Assembly (NCBI RefSeq): GCF_006345805.1
Contig: NC_043001.1
Span: 61,814,001 to 61,878,000, forward strand
From: Octopus sinensis
Taxonomy: Eukaryota
DNA length: 64,000 nucleotides
Direction of reading: 5' to 3'
Shown: positions 13,710-28,023 of the stretch, piece after piece
Layout: each line of letters begins with the position of its first letter
How positions within the stretch are numbered: position 1 is the first letter of the stretch
The notes under the pieces: generated by a model
What the model was told of the DNA's origin: nothing
The model's input: only the letters and a program-made list of their open reading frames with translations
Databases searched by the model: none
Position numbers and translations under genes: made by a program

Positions 13710-14580
13710 ATTGTCGTTCCATTACAGCACCAGATATTAGGTAACTGTGCCGTTATCTAATATAAATATTCAGGAATGGTAGATATGGAAAAAATATCTC
13801 GGCTAATGTCGGTTGTAGGAGATGAGAAGAAGCACATCTGGTTTGTAGGTGGTGCAGGAGAATGAGAAAATGAAGTTGCCGGAGGTAATAAAAAGGGATT
13901 TATCAAGAGTTATATACCTTCGCACCAAAACATCTGAGGTAGCTGTGTCGCATCAAGAGTCTGGGGTGTAAATATATGTGTAGGAGTGTTTTCAAAGGCT
14001 GGAATGTAAATTGTATTGATATATGCGTGTAGGGGGGTTTTGTCCTAAACTTTAACCCCATGCTTGGGTTGGGACAAAAACGTTGCATGGTTCTTAGAAT
14101 GTCATAGAGGGAGGGAGGGTCGCTGCGGAAATCCTAGTATATATAATCATGATACGGTCTGTAGGATAGCATGATACCTTCTCTCATATGGGCACGGGTG
14201 AATAGCTTTTTTAGTTTAGGTAGATATCTGGGTGATAAGAATTGTATAACAATTCTTTTCTTGGTGAGACATAACCTGCACTTTTTGCTACCATTAGAAT
14301 AAGGTTTGAACTTCTTCAAGATTTATATTGTTTTCTGTGGCGCTTTCTATCAACGACCTGAGCTGTGACACTGCATCGCACCTGGATATTCAATGTGGAT
14401 TTATGGTCGTTGAATCTGATTGTGAACAGACCTTGTTTCACACCCACATACTACTCTTTGTGTTCTTTGACGTTACTACTATTTCATAAATGACTGTTTC
14501 TGTGTTGCAGCGGCCGATAAGGAGATATGTGGTAGTTGGGAGGGCATAAAATATTTCAGCACTTTGCCAACCAATCTTAG
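13710..14580 (-). mobile_element. Penelope-like element GIY-YIG endonuclease remnant plus 3' UTR
   Basis: Minus-strand GRCNTETVIYEI...YVGVKQGLFTIRFNDHKS (VIY...YVG) and KPYSNGSKKCRLCLTKK, with frameshifts. Confidence 0.75.
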
Positions 14581-16002
14581 GTACTTATTTTTCGAATGTA
14601 ACAAAAGTTATGCTAAATGGTACCGAAACTTGACTTGAAAGTTCAAACGAAAGTTCAACAGGATATTTTCTTCATTTGAACTTGAATATTTTACAATATG
14701 GAAAAGAATTCCTCGAACTGACCTTTCAAAATTTCCAGATGCTGAATGAAAAGGTTTCAATGTTGCTTTTTATTATATATACGATGTTACTTTTACTGAC
14801 TACACTGTGTTTCATATAATAGAATATCGTTAAATAAAATTGTTTCCTATTGTAATTTATTCATTAATTTCCTTCAAGGTTTTGATTTATTGAGTTAAAT
14901 TCACCCATGTTCTAATGCATGCATTGCTAATATATATTATGCAAATAATCATCGTATGCTTGTAGAAGCTTTGATTGTAATTAAGCTAGATTAGTTCTAA
15001 TTAAGAACTATGATAAATGACATCTCGATTTTCTCTGTGTGTATGTGTGTGTGTGCGCGCGCGCGCGTGTGTGTGTGTAAGTCTGCGTGTACATGACTAA
15101 CCGATGCAGTATTTTTATTATTTTATTATTGACGTTTGTTGATTTTTAACTGGTCAAGAAACTGCGCGCGTATATGCGTTATTTCACTCGTTTCTATTTT
15201 ATATCTTAGTTGAGCTTGTTCAGATTTATATATTCTATTCCAGAAACTGTATATGTTCAAAGTTTAGTCTTTGTATAGTGGGTGAAATAGTAAATTATCT
15301 CTAATCATAAAAAAATATTTATTACCACTTGATATACTGCATTTTATATAAATTGATATCAAATAATATCAGATTTTCTGAGCAATACATAAATGTGGGC
15401 AAAATATGAAGCGACACCAAAATTACACTTATGATTTCTTTAGAAATGCGTAATATCATATAATAATTGGATATACAATGATATCAAAATTCGAATTTAC
15501 TTTGTGATTTCTGCACAAATTCGAATAATTTTCATCTCAGCACATGCTAATTATATTATTATATATTCGAGCAGGACACTAATTAGTTTACAGAATTCGA
15601 TATTCAATGTTGGTTCTTTGTTTTGAATTTCAAAGATTTACACATGATTTTGTTAATTGATTTATTGCTTCTTGTTAATACTATTTAAAGAATTCTATTT
15701 TGATTTTATTTATTATTAATTTCGCACAGTTCTCTTCAAGTTTATATTCATAGGGATGTTTATCGCTAGAAAATTGTGGATGCTTACAAATAATTTAAAT
15801 GTAAGACAGAATTCTTTTCACTCTCAGTAAACGAAGAAAATATTTGAAAAAAATATTTAAAGTGTATGCATAGAAAACTAACACTGTGATTCTATATGAA
15901 TTTTATCAGAAATTAACATATTTTAAACATTGAAATTTTCTTCTATTTTATACAATAATTGGATATTTTAGAAATTGTTGGCGTTTATACACACATATTC
16001 AC

Positions 16003-16042
<40 letters not shown>

Positions 16043-16129
16043 GTCTGTGTACATTTAAGTAAGAATATACGTATAAATACACATATAAATGTATGTATAT
16101 ATGTGTACGTTGCATACTTTTTGTAATAA

Positions 16130-16350
16130 TTGTTAGAAGAATCATCAGCACGTCGGACAAATTGCTCAGTGGCATTTCTTTCGGCTCTTTACGTTCTGCG
16201 ATCAAATACTACCGAAGTTGCCATTGCCTTTCATCCTTTTGAGATTGATAAAATAAGTACCAATTGAGCAATGGAGTTCATGTAATCGCCAAGGCTACAT
16301 CCCAAAATTTCAGGCTTTGCGACTAGAATAGAATGGCTTATTATTATTAT

Positions 16351-16352
<2 letters not shown>
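16130..16352 (+). mobile_element. tRNA-type SINE (octopus-type) with (TTA)n tail
   Basis: Degenerate B-box region, TTGCCTTTCATCCTTT...GATAAAATAAGTACC core, ATT tail; family recognised from memory. Confidence 0.7.
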
Positions 16353-16400
<48 letters not shown>

Positions 16401-16689
16401 CTAGTAGTAGTAGTTTGTTGTGGTCACTTCGCGTAGGTCGTTCGTGTTGTTTCATTTTAACTGTCATTCAAGATACTATGGACAATAGTTTGGGGTTGCG
16501 TTTCGTAAATCCCAATGATCCTAAGGAGCTTCTCAGTTCCAATGTATTTTTGCCCTTCGGGGTGGAATTTGTGATTAATTTTGTGAAATTTGTTCATTTC
16601 TTTTTGAGCCTTAAAATGTATGACAGCGAATGATTGGACAGAAACACAAGGGATTCTAGTAACATATTAGAATGTCTGTGTCAAAACTA

Positions 16690-19620
16690 CCTTCCACTTG
16701 TTAAACCATAGCACCACCACCAGTGCCAACTAAAACAACAACAACAACAACACAATGCAAATAAATACAACAACAATGTAAAGAGCGCAACAGAAAAATT
16801 AACTGCTACTTCGACATACCTGCAAATTCTAGCAACAGAACGGTGACTACCACCAATACCAACACCGCCACCATCAACACCATCACAGTAAAAGATCCAA
16901 ACATTGCGATCAAACACATTGAGCCGTTACTGCTTTTCTAGCGCAGAACCATAATAACCCTTCCAAGGCATGATCGAGTTATGTTTCCAAGACATGGCCG
17001 AAATATATTCTTAGATATGTCATAATCCATCCAGCAAAACTATTATTTACACATGTATAGGATTGAGAAGACGAGAAAATAGAGCAAGCGGTACAATAGC
17101 AGATAGAAAGGTAACTTAGACTAATATGGGGTAACAAAATGTTCGTAACTCGGGGGAAAATTCAAAAGAGCAGAAAATGTGATTTCCGAGGATGAGGCTA
17201 TAATGCACACCTTAACAGCCCTAAAGTGTGACGAACTTCTTCCCACACCAATCTACCTCGTCCGAAAGGTAGTGAGAATAAACATTACCAAAAGTTAACA
17301 TTTTCTGGTTTGTGGCGGTGGTCCTCTTCGATGTAGAGGTCAAAACCAGAGAATACAGAAGAAAAAACTGGCTGAAAAACACGAAGCAAAAAAGTATGGA
17401 AGCCATCCCATATCTCATCAATTCCCCTAGTGGTTGACAATTGTCAGCGGCAGTTGAGGGCATAGAGCCAAGTTATCACTTGTGTCGAGATACAAACCAT
17501 CTCAAGGCTTTCCTTCCACAGCAAACAAGGGTGAAGCAGCAGCACAAATGGCAGTATACGTCCACAGCAGCGACAATGTCAGCAAGAGTAACAATAAAAT
17601 TATTAAAACAGTGACAACAGAAATAGCAACAATAACAGTAGAAGCAGCAGTAACAAAACAACAAAAGAAACGCTGCCCTCAAGAGCCAGCATATCGCCAG
17701 GACTAGCAGCAACTGAAAGCACTCCAGACAACAACAAAAGAACAAGAAGACAATGACTCCCAAAACATGCGCTTCTTCATCTACAGCCACTCAAACCCGT
17801 AGTGTAGAGAAGGTGACATGGAAAGAACCAAATGGCAAAAAGTAATAAACAAAAAAACCGAAAAAGGAAAAACACGCCAACAAATAAGTTGAGAAACAAC
17901 AACAATCCCACATTATCTTCAATAACAATAACAAAAAAACAAAACAACTTAACTTCGAAGGAAAAACATAAATAATGAATCAGAAAAAGGGATCTTCAAG
18001 TGCATACTTCCTAAACTCCCCAAAATTTGAATTATTAAGGTTAGACGTGGAGACTCAAAATGTTGGGGTAGAATTTCTCCACAGATCTAAGAAGTCCGGG
18101 CGTAGGACCAGCAGTAAGTTTCACAAAGGAACCTCAAAAGTTCCATAGCGACAGAGTCACTCAGTCTCTGGGACCACTAAATAGTAAGTAACCATGTCTC
18201 CACTTTTTCTTTTTACCAACATGACTACTCTGAGGGCGGGGTATATAAATACCTGTGGATTGGGACCACTCTGGAAGCAAGGTCACCTGCTCAATGACCT
18301 CAGATCTGTAGGTGTGGTTTTGATAGCTATCACCCAGACCAGGATTTCAAACACATGTGCCTTAGCACCAACTTTTAGCATCTGCAGGTATTTCTTGCAC
18401 CGAGCGAAATAAAGGGCCAGGTTAGCGATGCTGTTTCAGAAAGGTCTGAACCTTCAGATACGGTCGAATTACTTGTACCCGGACGGCATTGGTGTATTTA
18501 CACTAGTCGCCCTGTATGACACAACTGGAGCGGAGCAGTCGATTTTATTCAAGTGTCTGGACGTTTTGCTGAAAGCATCCTTGTTGTTGCTACTGGGCAA
18601 TTTGAAGGCCGTCTTTGATGCACGTTGCATTGCGTGGAGTTGGTTCATAAGAAAGAGGTGCAAAAGCCCGAGAAACCTGTTCATGCATTTCCAACTGGCT
18701 TACATTACCGACTGGATTTCCCGAATGCGCCAATGTAGACGTAGGCAAATAGCATCGGGTCATCCATTTTGCATTTAGAGAGATCATTCTGAACATAAGA
18801 GTAGCATAGGTTATTCAGCCGTCAAAGCAGTTGGCTACACGGACTACAAATTTGTGATCCGTATGGTTTTTCTAGATAGGCTTCATAGAAGGGACCTTGT
18901 TACTGGAAACCGAACACGTCTTTCCCAGCGTGACAAAATTATAGCGGCCTGATTAGGGAACAAGAAACAGTTGCTAAAGGAAATTCTCCAAAAAATAAAT
19001 ACCAGTTAGCCCTGTAAACGGACTATTAGATAAGACTCGATACAGCTTAGTGGGGAATTAATGATAGAGAATTCTAAAGAGCAGAAAGAGCAAGTAAGTA
19101 ACCTAGAATAGGGGCTTAGAAAAGGTATTCCAACAGTTACTGGCAGTGAGAAGGCTCTTGACCGATCCCTCAACAATAAACACGAAGATTGACATGCTGA
19201 AAGAGCAAAAGCCGTTTAATGATCCAGTTGACAGAAGTGCAACGCGGCAACAAAGCCATAACTCGGTCTTTGATAGATCAAGAGGGGTACTTGCTACTCA
19301 ATTCCAAGCAGAAGTGTGGGTTTTTAAGTGACAATTGGCATATTTGTTTAAGGAAGAGGGTGGATCAAAGACTGGAGTGAACTTTGCTACTTACTTCGGT
19401 TGCTGGCTACGGCTAACGCCTCGCGATGCAGGGTTCTATGAAAGGCCGATGACAACTGATGAAATATAGTCGTGATGGCTGGTTGCACGAAGGAGAAATT
19501 GCTAGGGCTGGATAGTCTGCTGTACGTTCTTTATTGTCGTATGCCAGATTTTAGTCACACCAAATCAGAACATCTGGTAAGATGTAGAGTGCATCGTTTT
19601 TGAAGTAAGTGACATACTCC
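16690..19620 (+). mobile_element. Degraded Tx1/L1-clade LINE (ORF1 remnant, APE endonuclease, start of RT)
   Basis: ORF1-like LLPTPIYL and a degenerate zinc knuckle near 17450-17520; APE N-terminus LRAGYINTCGLG...KQGHLLNDLRS; LLLGNLKAVFD; LLGLDSLLYVLY; many stops. Confidence 0.7.
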
Positions 19621-19639
19621 TAGACGTTGAAAAATATAG

Positions 19640-20030
19640 AGACGGAAGAATTAGTTTGATATTGCACGTCAAAACGCCGGGATAAGAATGGTTCTGAATG
19701 TTACATGGAGAGCTCATTTAACCAACAAGCAGCTTTATCAAGATCTTCTCAAAGTGGCTGGGATAATTCAGCAGAGAAGAGTAAGAGTTGCTGTTTATTG
19801 CGTCAGACACTCAGAAGAACCTGTGTCAACTGGACTTATTATCCAGTCAGTTGAAGAAAGAATCAACAGGGGAAGAAACGTGTAACCAATGTGGATAACT
19901 TGCTTCAGGACAGTGGAATAGCAAATGTTGACGAATTAAGAATATGCATGGGGGACCGTGATATATGACGTGCTCGTGTGAACTCACTGAAGCGTCCGGG
20001 AGGACGGCCAAACTAAAATCAAACGAACTT
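19640..20030 (+). mobile_element. RTE-clade LINE 3' end fragment
   Basis: LNVTWRAHLTNKQLYQDL...RRVRVAVYCVRH matches the RTE ORF C-terminus. Confidence 0.7.
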
Positions 20031-20786
20031 CAAATGTCAATACTGCATTTTAGTGGAAACATTTAACAGTACAATTAAAACTCCATAACAGTGACAACCA
20101 TTTATATAGCGTGTTTCGATCAGAACTCAGCCGCATTTGATATAGATAAGTACGTTTTTTTTTAAACCGCTTTTTATTTCATGATATTTGGTGACTCCCC
20201 AAGCTGGTCTGGCAGTGGGGAGTTCTACCAATTTCCATTAATGAATAATTATTTACAGATGATAATCTGCGGAACTAGTGTGCACATTTACAATGATTGA
20301 GGGAAGATTTTGAGAATATTAACATGATTTCTGACTGGGGGAAAATCCATTTGTAAGCAAAAAAGAAATGATTTACAGGAGATTATCGTTGAGGTAAAAC
20401 GAACCGGTAGTAAAAATGCTACTGGAAAAGCAACGCTTCGTTGAAATATAGTTACAATGTAGTGACTGGAATGTCTTATATTGTGGGTTGAAACCCATCT
20501 ATTTTGTTAATGTTTTCAGTGCAGTAATTTAAATTTTCGTTCAGAACAGAAACCAAGCAGAAGTAATGCAGCGTGGAAATTTACGACTTCCTTTATCAAA
20601 TATGGAACTTAAAAAATTGTTTGAGAAAATAAATTCGGTTTGATCTTCTGTCCCTACTCTGTTTTCCTCAAACATAGATTTAAGAAATGTCTCGACCAAT
20701 TTGATTTTACTGACTATAGTCCTTTCATCTTTTCTCTACATTTTTTCTTTTCCTTCTTTCATTTTTTTCTATTCATATCTTTCATT

Positions 20787-20863
<77 letters not shown>

Positions 20864-22140
20864 ACTTTTGTCTACATCATCTTGCACTCGATCGCACGAC
20901 CTTTCTTCCTATCGCTCTTTCCACCTCATCATTACTAACAATTCTCTTTCTCTGTCTTTTCTTTTCTTTCGAGGTTTCTATGCTATTAGATATCGGTGTA
21001 CTACTATACAATTCGCATTTTGCCACCCCTGAAGAGAAACTTCGGCGCTTCATTGCTTCCTGCATAAACATATTAATGTTTCATGTTTATGGATTGATAA
21101 TATTTTCTACTTGTCCGATGTTTGTCATTGTAACGGACTGCGCAGCCGTTTTCGTAATACATATTACTACATCAATTACTCACTAACCTTTTAAAACAGG
21201 TGTCAAGGAATGTATTTTTTCTTCGCCAAATATATTTATGGTTACTTTTATGTTACATCTTTTGTAAATTGTATAAATGGCATAATTTCACACGTACGTG
21301 CTTATCCATCATTTGTCTCTTCATATATATATATAAAACGGTCAGACGCACATTCTACAAAAGCATATAGTCGAATGATATATACGTACTTCAAACAGAT
21401 ATCGTTTATTTTCTAGTTTCTTTTATCTTACTTCTTACTCAACTTATATAAAGGGTTCACCCGAAACACTAGTCAATTTCCATTTCTTTTCCTTTTTCTT
21501 CGGCCTTCAATTCACTGTGACTTCAATTCACTCTATAGCTAATTTGTGTGTGTGTGTGTGTGTTTATTTGTCAATTGTGTTTACATTTTATCTGTCTGTA
21601 GCAATCGCTCACGTTGTCCAGCAGCTCGTTCCTTATCTTTCTTGTTTCGTTTGTGCAATTTTACACGCACACACACACACACACGCACATATACAAATAA
21701 AAAACAATTACTTAAGTATATATATGTGCATGTATGGTGTTCAAACAAGGCATCCATGTTTAGTAGGATCCAAAGATTACCTTTCGGTATTAATAGTGCT
21801 TTCTTCGTTAATAATGTATTTTTAATAAGGCTGCTGGTTATTTGCGACATCAGCATCTGAAAAAGATGTTGAAATCTTATATTTCACAGCAGTGAGATTT
21901 GATTGCCATGCAGTCATCTGGTGCTTCTCACTGATGAAGGTCAATAGAAATAAATCACGTGATATGAGAATTCCGGCGCCCATAACAGACAAATTTCATC
22001 TGTTGTGTTTTATATTTGTGCTTTAATGCACCAAGCGCCTATATGAGCGGATGTCACGAGGTTTATAACGCAGTATTCGGTGTTGGAATAGGGCATACAT
22101 GGTCAGTTGGATATAAGGATTAAGTATATGGAAGTGTACT

Positions 22141-22189
<49 letters not shown>

Positions 22190-22194
<5 letters not shown>

Positions 22195-22470
22195 AAAGGA
22201 TAACAAAAACCAAGGCAGGACTAGTCTCTCAAGTCATTTAGAATATTTAATTAGGGTAAGGTGAATTTGAAGTCTTACAGCTATTTCTGGGATATCCCAA
22301 GTGATAGGCTAGCATGTCATCAGAGACAAGGTGAGTAGGTATGAAAGTTCTAGACAGGCAAATTCACAGTTTATAAGGAATAAAATGATAAAAGATAGAA
22401 GAATACAGAGCAGATAGGAGAATACAGACAGGAGAATAAAGTTCACAGCTCATCTTCTTCCAGAGAGTAT
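22190..22470 (-). mobile_element. Penelope-like terminus with rearranged hammerhead motif
   Basis: Minus strand GTCT-CTGATGA...GAAAT-AGCT-GTA-AGAC, then GCCTTGGTTTTTGTTATC and (TA)n. Confidence 0.6.
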
Positions 22471-22516
22471 GGAGGTTGGTCCCTTCTAACGTGAATGCTA
22501 TAGTCCCTTAAGTATA

Positions 22517-23557
22517 ATTTTTCCCGTCCTAATGATTTTGAAGACTGCGGAATAACTGATAATCAGATGGGGCAATGTCCGGCGAATATGGTTGGTGGGA
22601 CATCGTTTTCCATTCAAACTACTTCAGCCTTTTGAATGTCTTCCTCGCTGAATGTGGCCAAGCATTATCCTTATGGAAGAACAACTGTCGCCTTGAAACC
22701 TAAAATGGTCGTTTTTCTTCAAGCGCTGACTTAAGTCGCTTAGGCTGCTCTCTTCTGTTATTGTTTGGTCTGGGTTTAAAAGTTCAAAGTGGAATAACCT
22801 TTTCATATCACACCAAACAGATAACAACACCTTATGTGCGCGAAGACTTTCTTTAGCCTGGGTTGACGGCGTTTCTTCTTTCCCTACCCACTGTCTTCGG
22901 CGCTTAACACTTTTATAGACAACCCATTTCTCGTCACCAGTCCCTATTCGGTCCAAAAAAGGTTCATTCGGAGACGTGACAGCAAAGAAGAGCATTCATT
23001 CATTCTCTGCATGCGATTAGACTCGGAAAGTTTGTGAGGAACCCATTCACCCAATTTGCTGACTTTCCGATGGCAGGTGTCGATAAATGGTTGAATGACC
23101 AAATTCATGCTTCTCTGCTAGTTCCTCAACAGTTACGATGGGATTGTGTTACACCAGGTTTTGCAGGACGTCTTCGTCGATCTCTACACATCTTCCAGGA
23201 CAAGTCTCATCTTCTAGGCTGTAGTTTATGGATAGGAATTTCTGGAACCACTGTTGACACGGGCTTACGCTTATTGTCCGACCCCCATATACTGTATTAA
23301 TATTCCTCGCACTTTCCGTTGCGCTGTTGCTTTATTGAACTCAAAAAGCAATATATGCCGAATATGATACTTTGTCACTTCCATTATAACTTTGAAGACA
23401 AACTGTTAAAATCGAACTGCACTCTTCAAAATTTGCTCTAAGAATAAGGACCATGTAAAATTACTACCTGCAAGTTCATGCAAGTAGTTTATCCCGTCCA
23501 CCTCCGACTTTTAGCTCATGCGATTGAAAAAACTGCATTATTTTTGTGATAACCCAA
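22517..23557 (-). mobile_element. Mariner (DD34D) transposon, 3'-truncated, transposase pseudogene
   Basis: GTGDEKWVVY, KVLLSVWCD, FHKDNAWPH, PYSPDIAPSDY; TIR TTGGGTTATC at 23557; homologous to 54127-55037. Confidence 0.88.
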
Positions 23558-24730
23558 TGCATACATACATACAAAAATACCCTGTTCATGTTAAAATTCC
23601 AATAAAGGAGCCTTAGCTCTAAGTTAGAAATTATTTCTCTATTGGCAAGAAATCCTGATATAAAATTGAATAATGACGTACATGCATACATCCATACATA
23701 CATACATACACGCACGCATGCACACACACGCACACACACACACACACGCATACATACATACATACATACATATATAAATACATTTATGCTTACATAAATA
23801 TATATATATATATATATTATGTAATTCGGTAGGCAAGTGGGTAGGTATTTAGGTAGGTAGGCAGGTAGGTAGGTAGGTAGGTAGGTAGGTAGGTATAATC
23901 GTTTCACACTTTTTGAGGTGTGAATCTAGCTTTGTAGATAAGAAGAATAACTGATGAATGTAATGAAAGTTATCTATATATAGTACCTATATTTTAAACA
24001 TTTGCCTTTATTTCCAGTTACTTATGCTTATTTTCAGATTACTGTGCAGTATAACCAAATTGAATAGAATCTCAGAATCGTTCATGTCTATTAAAGTTGC
24101 TTTTGTGTCATGTCCATAAATCTACACAGAGTAAATAGAGTTTGTCCATGTAAATTCTCAAAGAACTCTGGTTTTAGCACGCTTGTAAAACCGCATATGT
24201 TATATCTGAATTTGTATGGAACCGCGTGCTTCAATATAAAGGTCGTGACATCCCGCATATATGAAATCCTGTTTTCGTCAATGTATTAAGATATCAACAC
24301 AAAGTTAACTGTTTCAAAGCTTCTAATCGAAATGTTACTATAGATTCCATAATAAAAAGTCAATCGATTTAAAGATGTTTTGATGTAGATTCAGTATACT
24401 GCCAGGTAAATTATGCAATCCATCACGGATATAGATTTATTTGTTTACTTTTGTAATTGTATCAAATGTATATTAGTTGCATGTGTGAAAATTTCCATCA
24501 GAAAAGATAGTTCACGAGAAATTATAAAAATACTTAACCGATAAAATTACATAAACACACACACGCGTGCGTGATACATGCTGCATACAAACTTACATGT
24601 AGAACCATACAATTAAATCGTATACACCCTTCACCACGCTCTCAAACTCACACACACAAGCATCAGTTACGTAGAAGAGTCAATTTAGCCATCTAAAAAC
24701 ACAGAGGCACATTTATATCTACTTTTCCTC

Positions 24731-24979
24731 TAAAGTGGTGGTTTGTTGTCAACTTAATGTGAAGTGCCATAAAAGAGAAGAATACTACTGCTATTTAGCC
24801 CTAGAAAGCACAGCTTCCTGTCGCTGGGTGGAGGTACTTATCTCTCCCATTTGTAAACATAAGGTCATAGGAAATGTGTCAAGGTCGACAGGCAGCGGTG
24901 CTTCCTAGGCCTAAATGGCAGTAATATTCTTCCCTTTCATAGGACTGTGACATTAAGTTGACAACATACCACCACTTTA
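24731..24979. mobile_element. Foldback/MITE-like element with ~93-bp imperfect inverted arms
   Basis: 24731-24823 vs reverse complement of 24886-24979, roughly 85% identical by eye; TA at both outer ends. Confidence 0.75.
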
Positions 24980-25899
24980 TCGTGTTACCACTGTATAAAT
25001 CTCTCCGAGAGATTTAGAAATGTATTATTTCTACTTTTCCTTTATTCATTATGTTTCAAAATATTCAGCACTTCAAGATCTTTTAGGTCTTACGTTTTTT
25101 TGTTTTTTTTTTCATTAATCTTACACATGATACTAGTCTGCTCTATAGATTTAATTTAACCTATTGAGCATGTACCATTAAACTCCCAGATTAAACTTTT
25201 TACTTTTGTTCCGTTTATAGCTTAACACGTATGTATTACTATTACCGTTCCACTTCAATATTCTGTTATGCTCCATTCTCTTCTTATTTCTTACATATGT
25301 CACCTAATTGACATTGAATGAATTTTTTGTTATTTATAAATGAGACATATTTTTAATATCTTGTGATAGAATTGCATAAAAAGTAACTATTTCTGAATTA
25401 CAGATTACATTGTTTTAAGTAAAAGGTGTGATAGACAAATGTTCATATAGAAATATCGACAAAATCAAATCTAAGTGTATTTTATTTGTATGAAATCGCA
25501 AAAGTATAAACATATGGCTACACACACACCTATATACACACATATACATAAGTGTGTGTTTGTGTCTGTAGAAATGCACCAACACTAGTTGGCTGAAGAA
25601 TATATTGAACTTCATGTGTCTGGCAAGTTTTTGTTACCTTATTTTGAACATACGGTTATTATACGATGTCATATGCAAACTGATTAATTTATTTGGCTTA
25701 GCATTATAAGAAAGGTATATACCATCAGGATATCCGCATTGAATCAGTACTATCATATTTAACTAGTAAACATCGCTTTAAAAAGGAAATAGGTTTCTTC
25801 TAAGTATACCCGCTCCAAATTTTCACTCAATCTTCATTATAAAAGTTTCCCCTATATAAGTTTCAAGGATGTTTGATGTGTGTTCATCATTCCTAAGGC

Positions 25900-26600
25900 T
25901 GACACATTTGTGACAGACTCCTCATCACTCTTACGATGATTCCCTTTAAAATGTCCATTTCGGCATTTTCTGACATAGCAGAGTCTTTCACGAATCTTTA
26001 TATGATCGCTATAATTGTTCTATAATGCAAGTGGCAGGTGCATGTCTTGAGTTTCCTATTGACGGCTACGTTGTCTAGCTATAATTCAATGTCCTGTACA
26101 AGTAACTTTCCATTGAGTCATCAAGAGGTGTGGTAAATATTGACTTTTATCCTATCATGGATGTAATTTACAATATATTGTATAATACACATCGGATGGT
26201 TTTCAATCCCATGAGAGTCAGTGTGAGGGGTCTCTGTATCATAACGACGAGATTAACGTCATCAGAAGTATAGTGCCAGAGCATAATGTAGCTGGCTAAT
26301 TCATGTCTAAATTATTTATTTCAAAAGACGTTAAAATGAATCCGACAAGCTGCAAAACAGATTGCTCCACCTTTCCTCAATAAAAATTGATTGTCAAACT
26401 TAAAAATGGGGTTCATTAAAGGGGTTATAATGTTAGCACTGACTAAATGCGCGTTAGTGGCTCTGATACTGTAAATATCTGAAGAATGATCGATTTAGTT
26501 CACTCGGATCAGCTTTCACACAAGACTTTTTTAAGAGTCGATGTAATAGCCGGAGTTCAATAGCCTGGATCGGGTGGAACAAGAATTATCTATGTTATGG
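25900..26600 (-). mobile_element. Very degraded RTE/BovB-like RT fragment
   Basis: Only a YxxDDVNLV-like motif and weak flanking similarity on the minus strand. Confidence 0.3.
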
Positions 26601-27049
26601 ATGGATATTCCTTACCGACTACTCTTCTTTTGTAACAGTTATCATTCACGGTTGAAACTGTAATTCAAGACTCATGAATAACAAATATATGTCAGCATCC
26701 AAAGAGATTTAATTTTTTTCAACAGCACTGTGCAGTTAATTCAGTTTACATCAAAGATATATATTTAAACATTGGTTGCAAGCTTTCAATTCACTGATCA
26801 GTGTTTAAGTATTTTACCAGGGCTGATCCAGTATTCCAGTTGAGACCATATCTTCCTTTATAACTCAGGCCTACAATGTATACTCTATTTTCAAGCGGTT
26901 ATGACATAATCTGGTGATTATTTCTATCACGTCAGCTACATTGAGACACCTTCGTTAATTTTGCCGCGCTTTGAAGTACGCTGCTCACCGCCAATAAGGA
27001 TAAGACTCCAACTCTTCCAGGAGCTTCTCCTCTTTCTCCTCATCATTTA

Positions 27050-27990
27050 TCACATTGGCTTGATAGTTAATAAGCTTTGGTCTTGAGCAGCTAATATGAA
27101 ACCTTCACTCTCTGCTTTTAGCCCTGAGCTTCGTAACCATTGGTGCGTGTGTTTCTGGTCGACATCAGCTTGGTTGCTACGGGCCATATACTTGCCATGG
27201 AGAGGTTTCTGTTCCCATCTGCTAGCTAAATTTTCATGTGCTTTTGTCTTTGCAATTAATTTTATTTTCTTTGCAGCTGCAGTTGGCACATTTCCTTCAG
27301 CCCGATCAATCTGGTGGGTATCTAAGAGATCAGCAGCGAATGTCTTGCTCTCTTTGAGAATAGAGTGAAGACTTTTCGGTCTTTCATATTTTTCAACAAG
27401 TTGGTGGTTTCAAGGTATTTGGCCAGTCCGATTGTGGTGGTTTTGTATGTAAGTTCAAGCTGGATCGAACCTCGACCACCCTGAGCTCTGGGAAGGTAAA
27501 GGCGATCCACGTCTGCCTTTGGATGATGCATCTTATTACAAGTCAGTAGCTTGGGGATTGTTCTGTCAATTTTCATTATTTCACTGGTATTCCAGTTAAG
27601 CACATTGAAGCTATAAAGAACAACTGGTACTGCTAAGGAATTTATGGCTAACGCCTTATTATATGCATTCAGCTCAGACTTCAGGACTGCTCGAACTCTT
27701 CTATAACATTCCTTCCTAACCTTCTCTTTCATGCTTATATGCTGGATACCAGAGCCTTCATTTATTCCTAGGTATTTATAGGTTTGTTCCTGCTCAAGTT
27801 CCTTTATTACTGTTTCGACATCTAATTCGATTGAACTAGACCTTACCAATTTCCCTTTCTTAAAAGTGGCTTTGGTACACTTTTCAAGGCCAAACTCCAT
27901 CCCGATATCATCACTGAATCCTTTCACGGTATGTAATAATCCTTCAAGCTCTTCATCATTTTTGCCATATAGCTTTAAATCATCCATATA

Positions 27991-28023
<33 letters not shown>

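Noticed and set aside
20259-20352. Candidate 94-nt exon (TTTACAG ... GTAAGC)
   Set aside because: All three frames contain stops; no support as coding. A UTR exon cannot be excluded.
21453-21474. GGG-TTCA-CCC-GAAAC-ACTA-GTC half-hammerhead
   Set aside because: The 5' CUGANGA core is unrecognisable; at most a dead relic.
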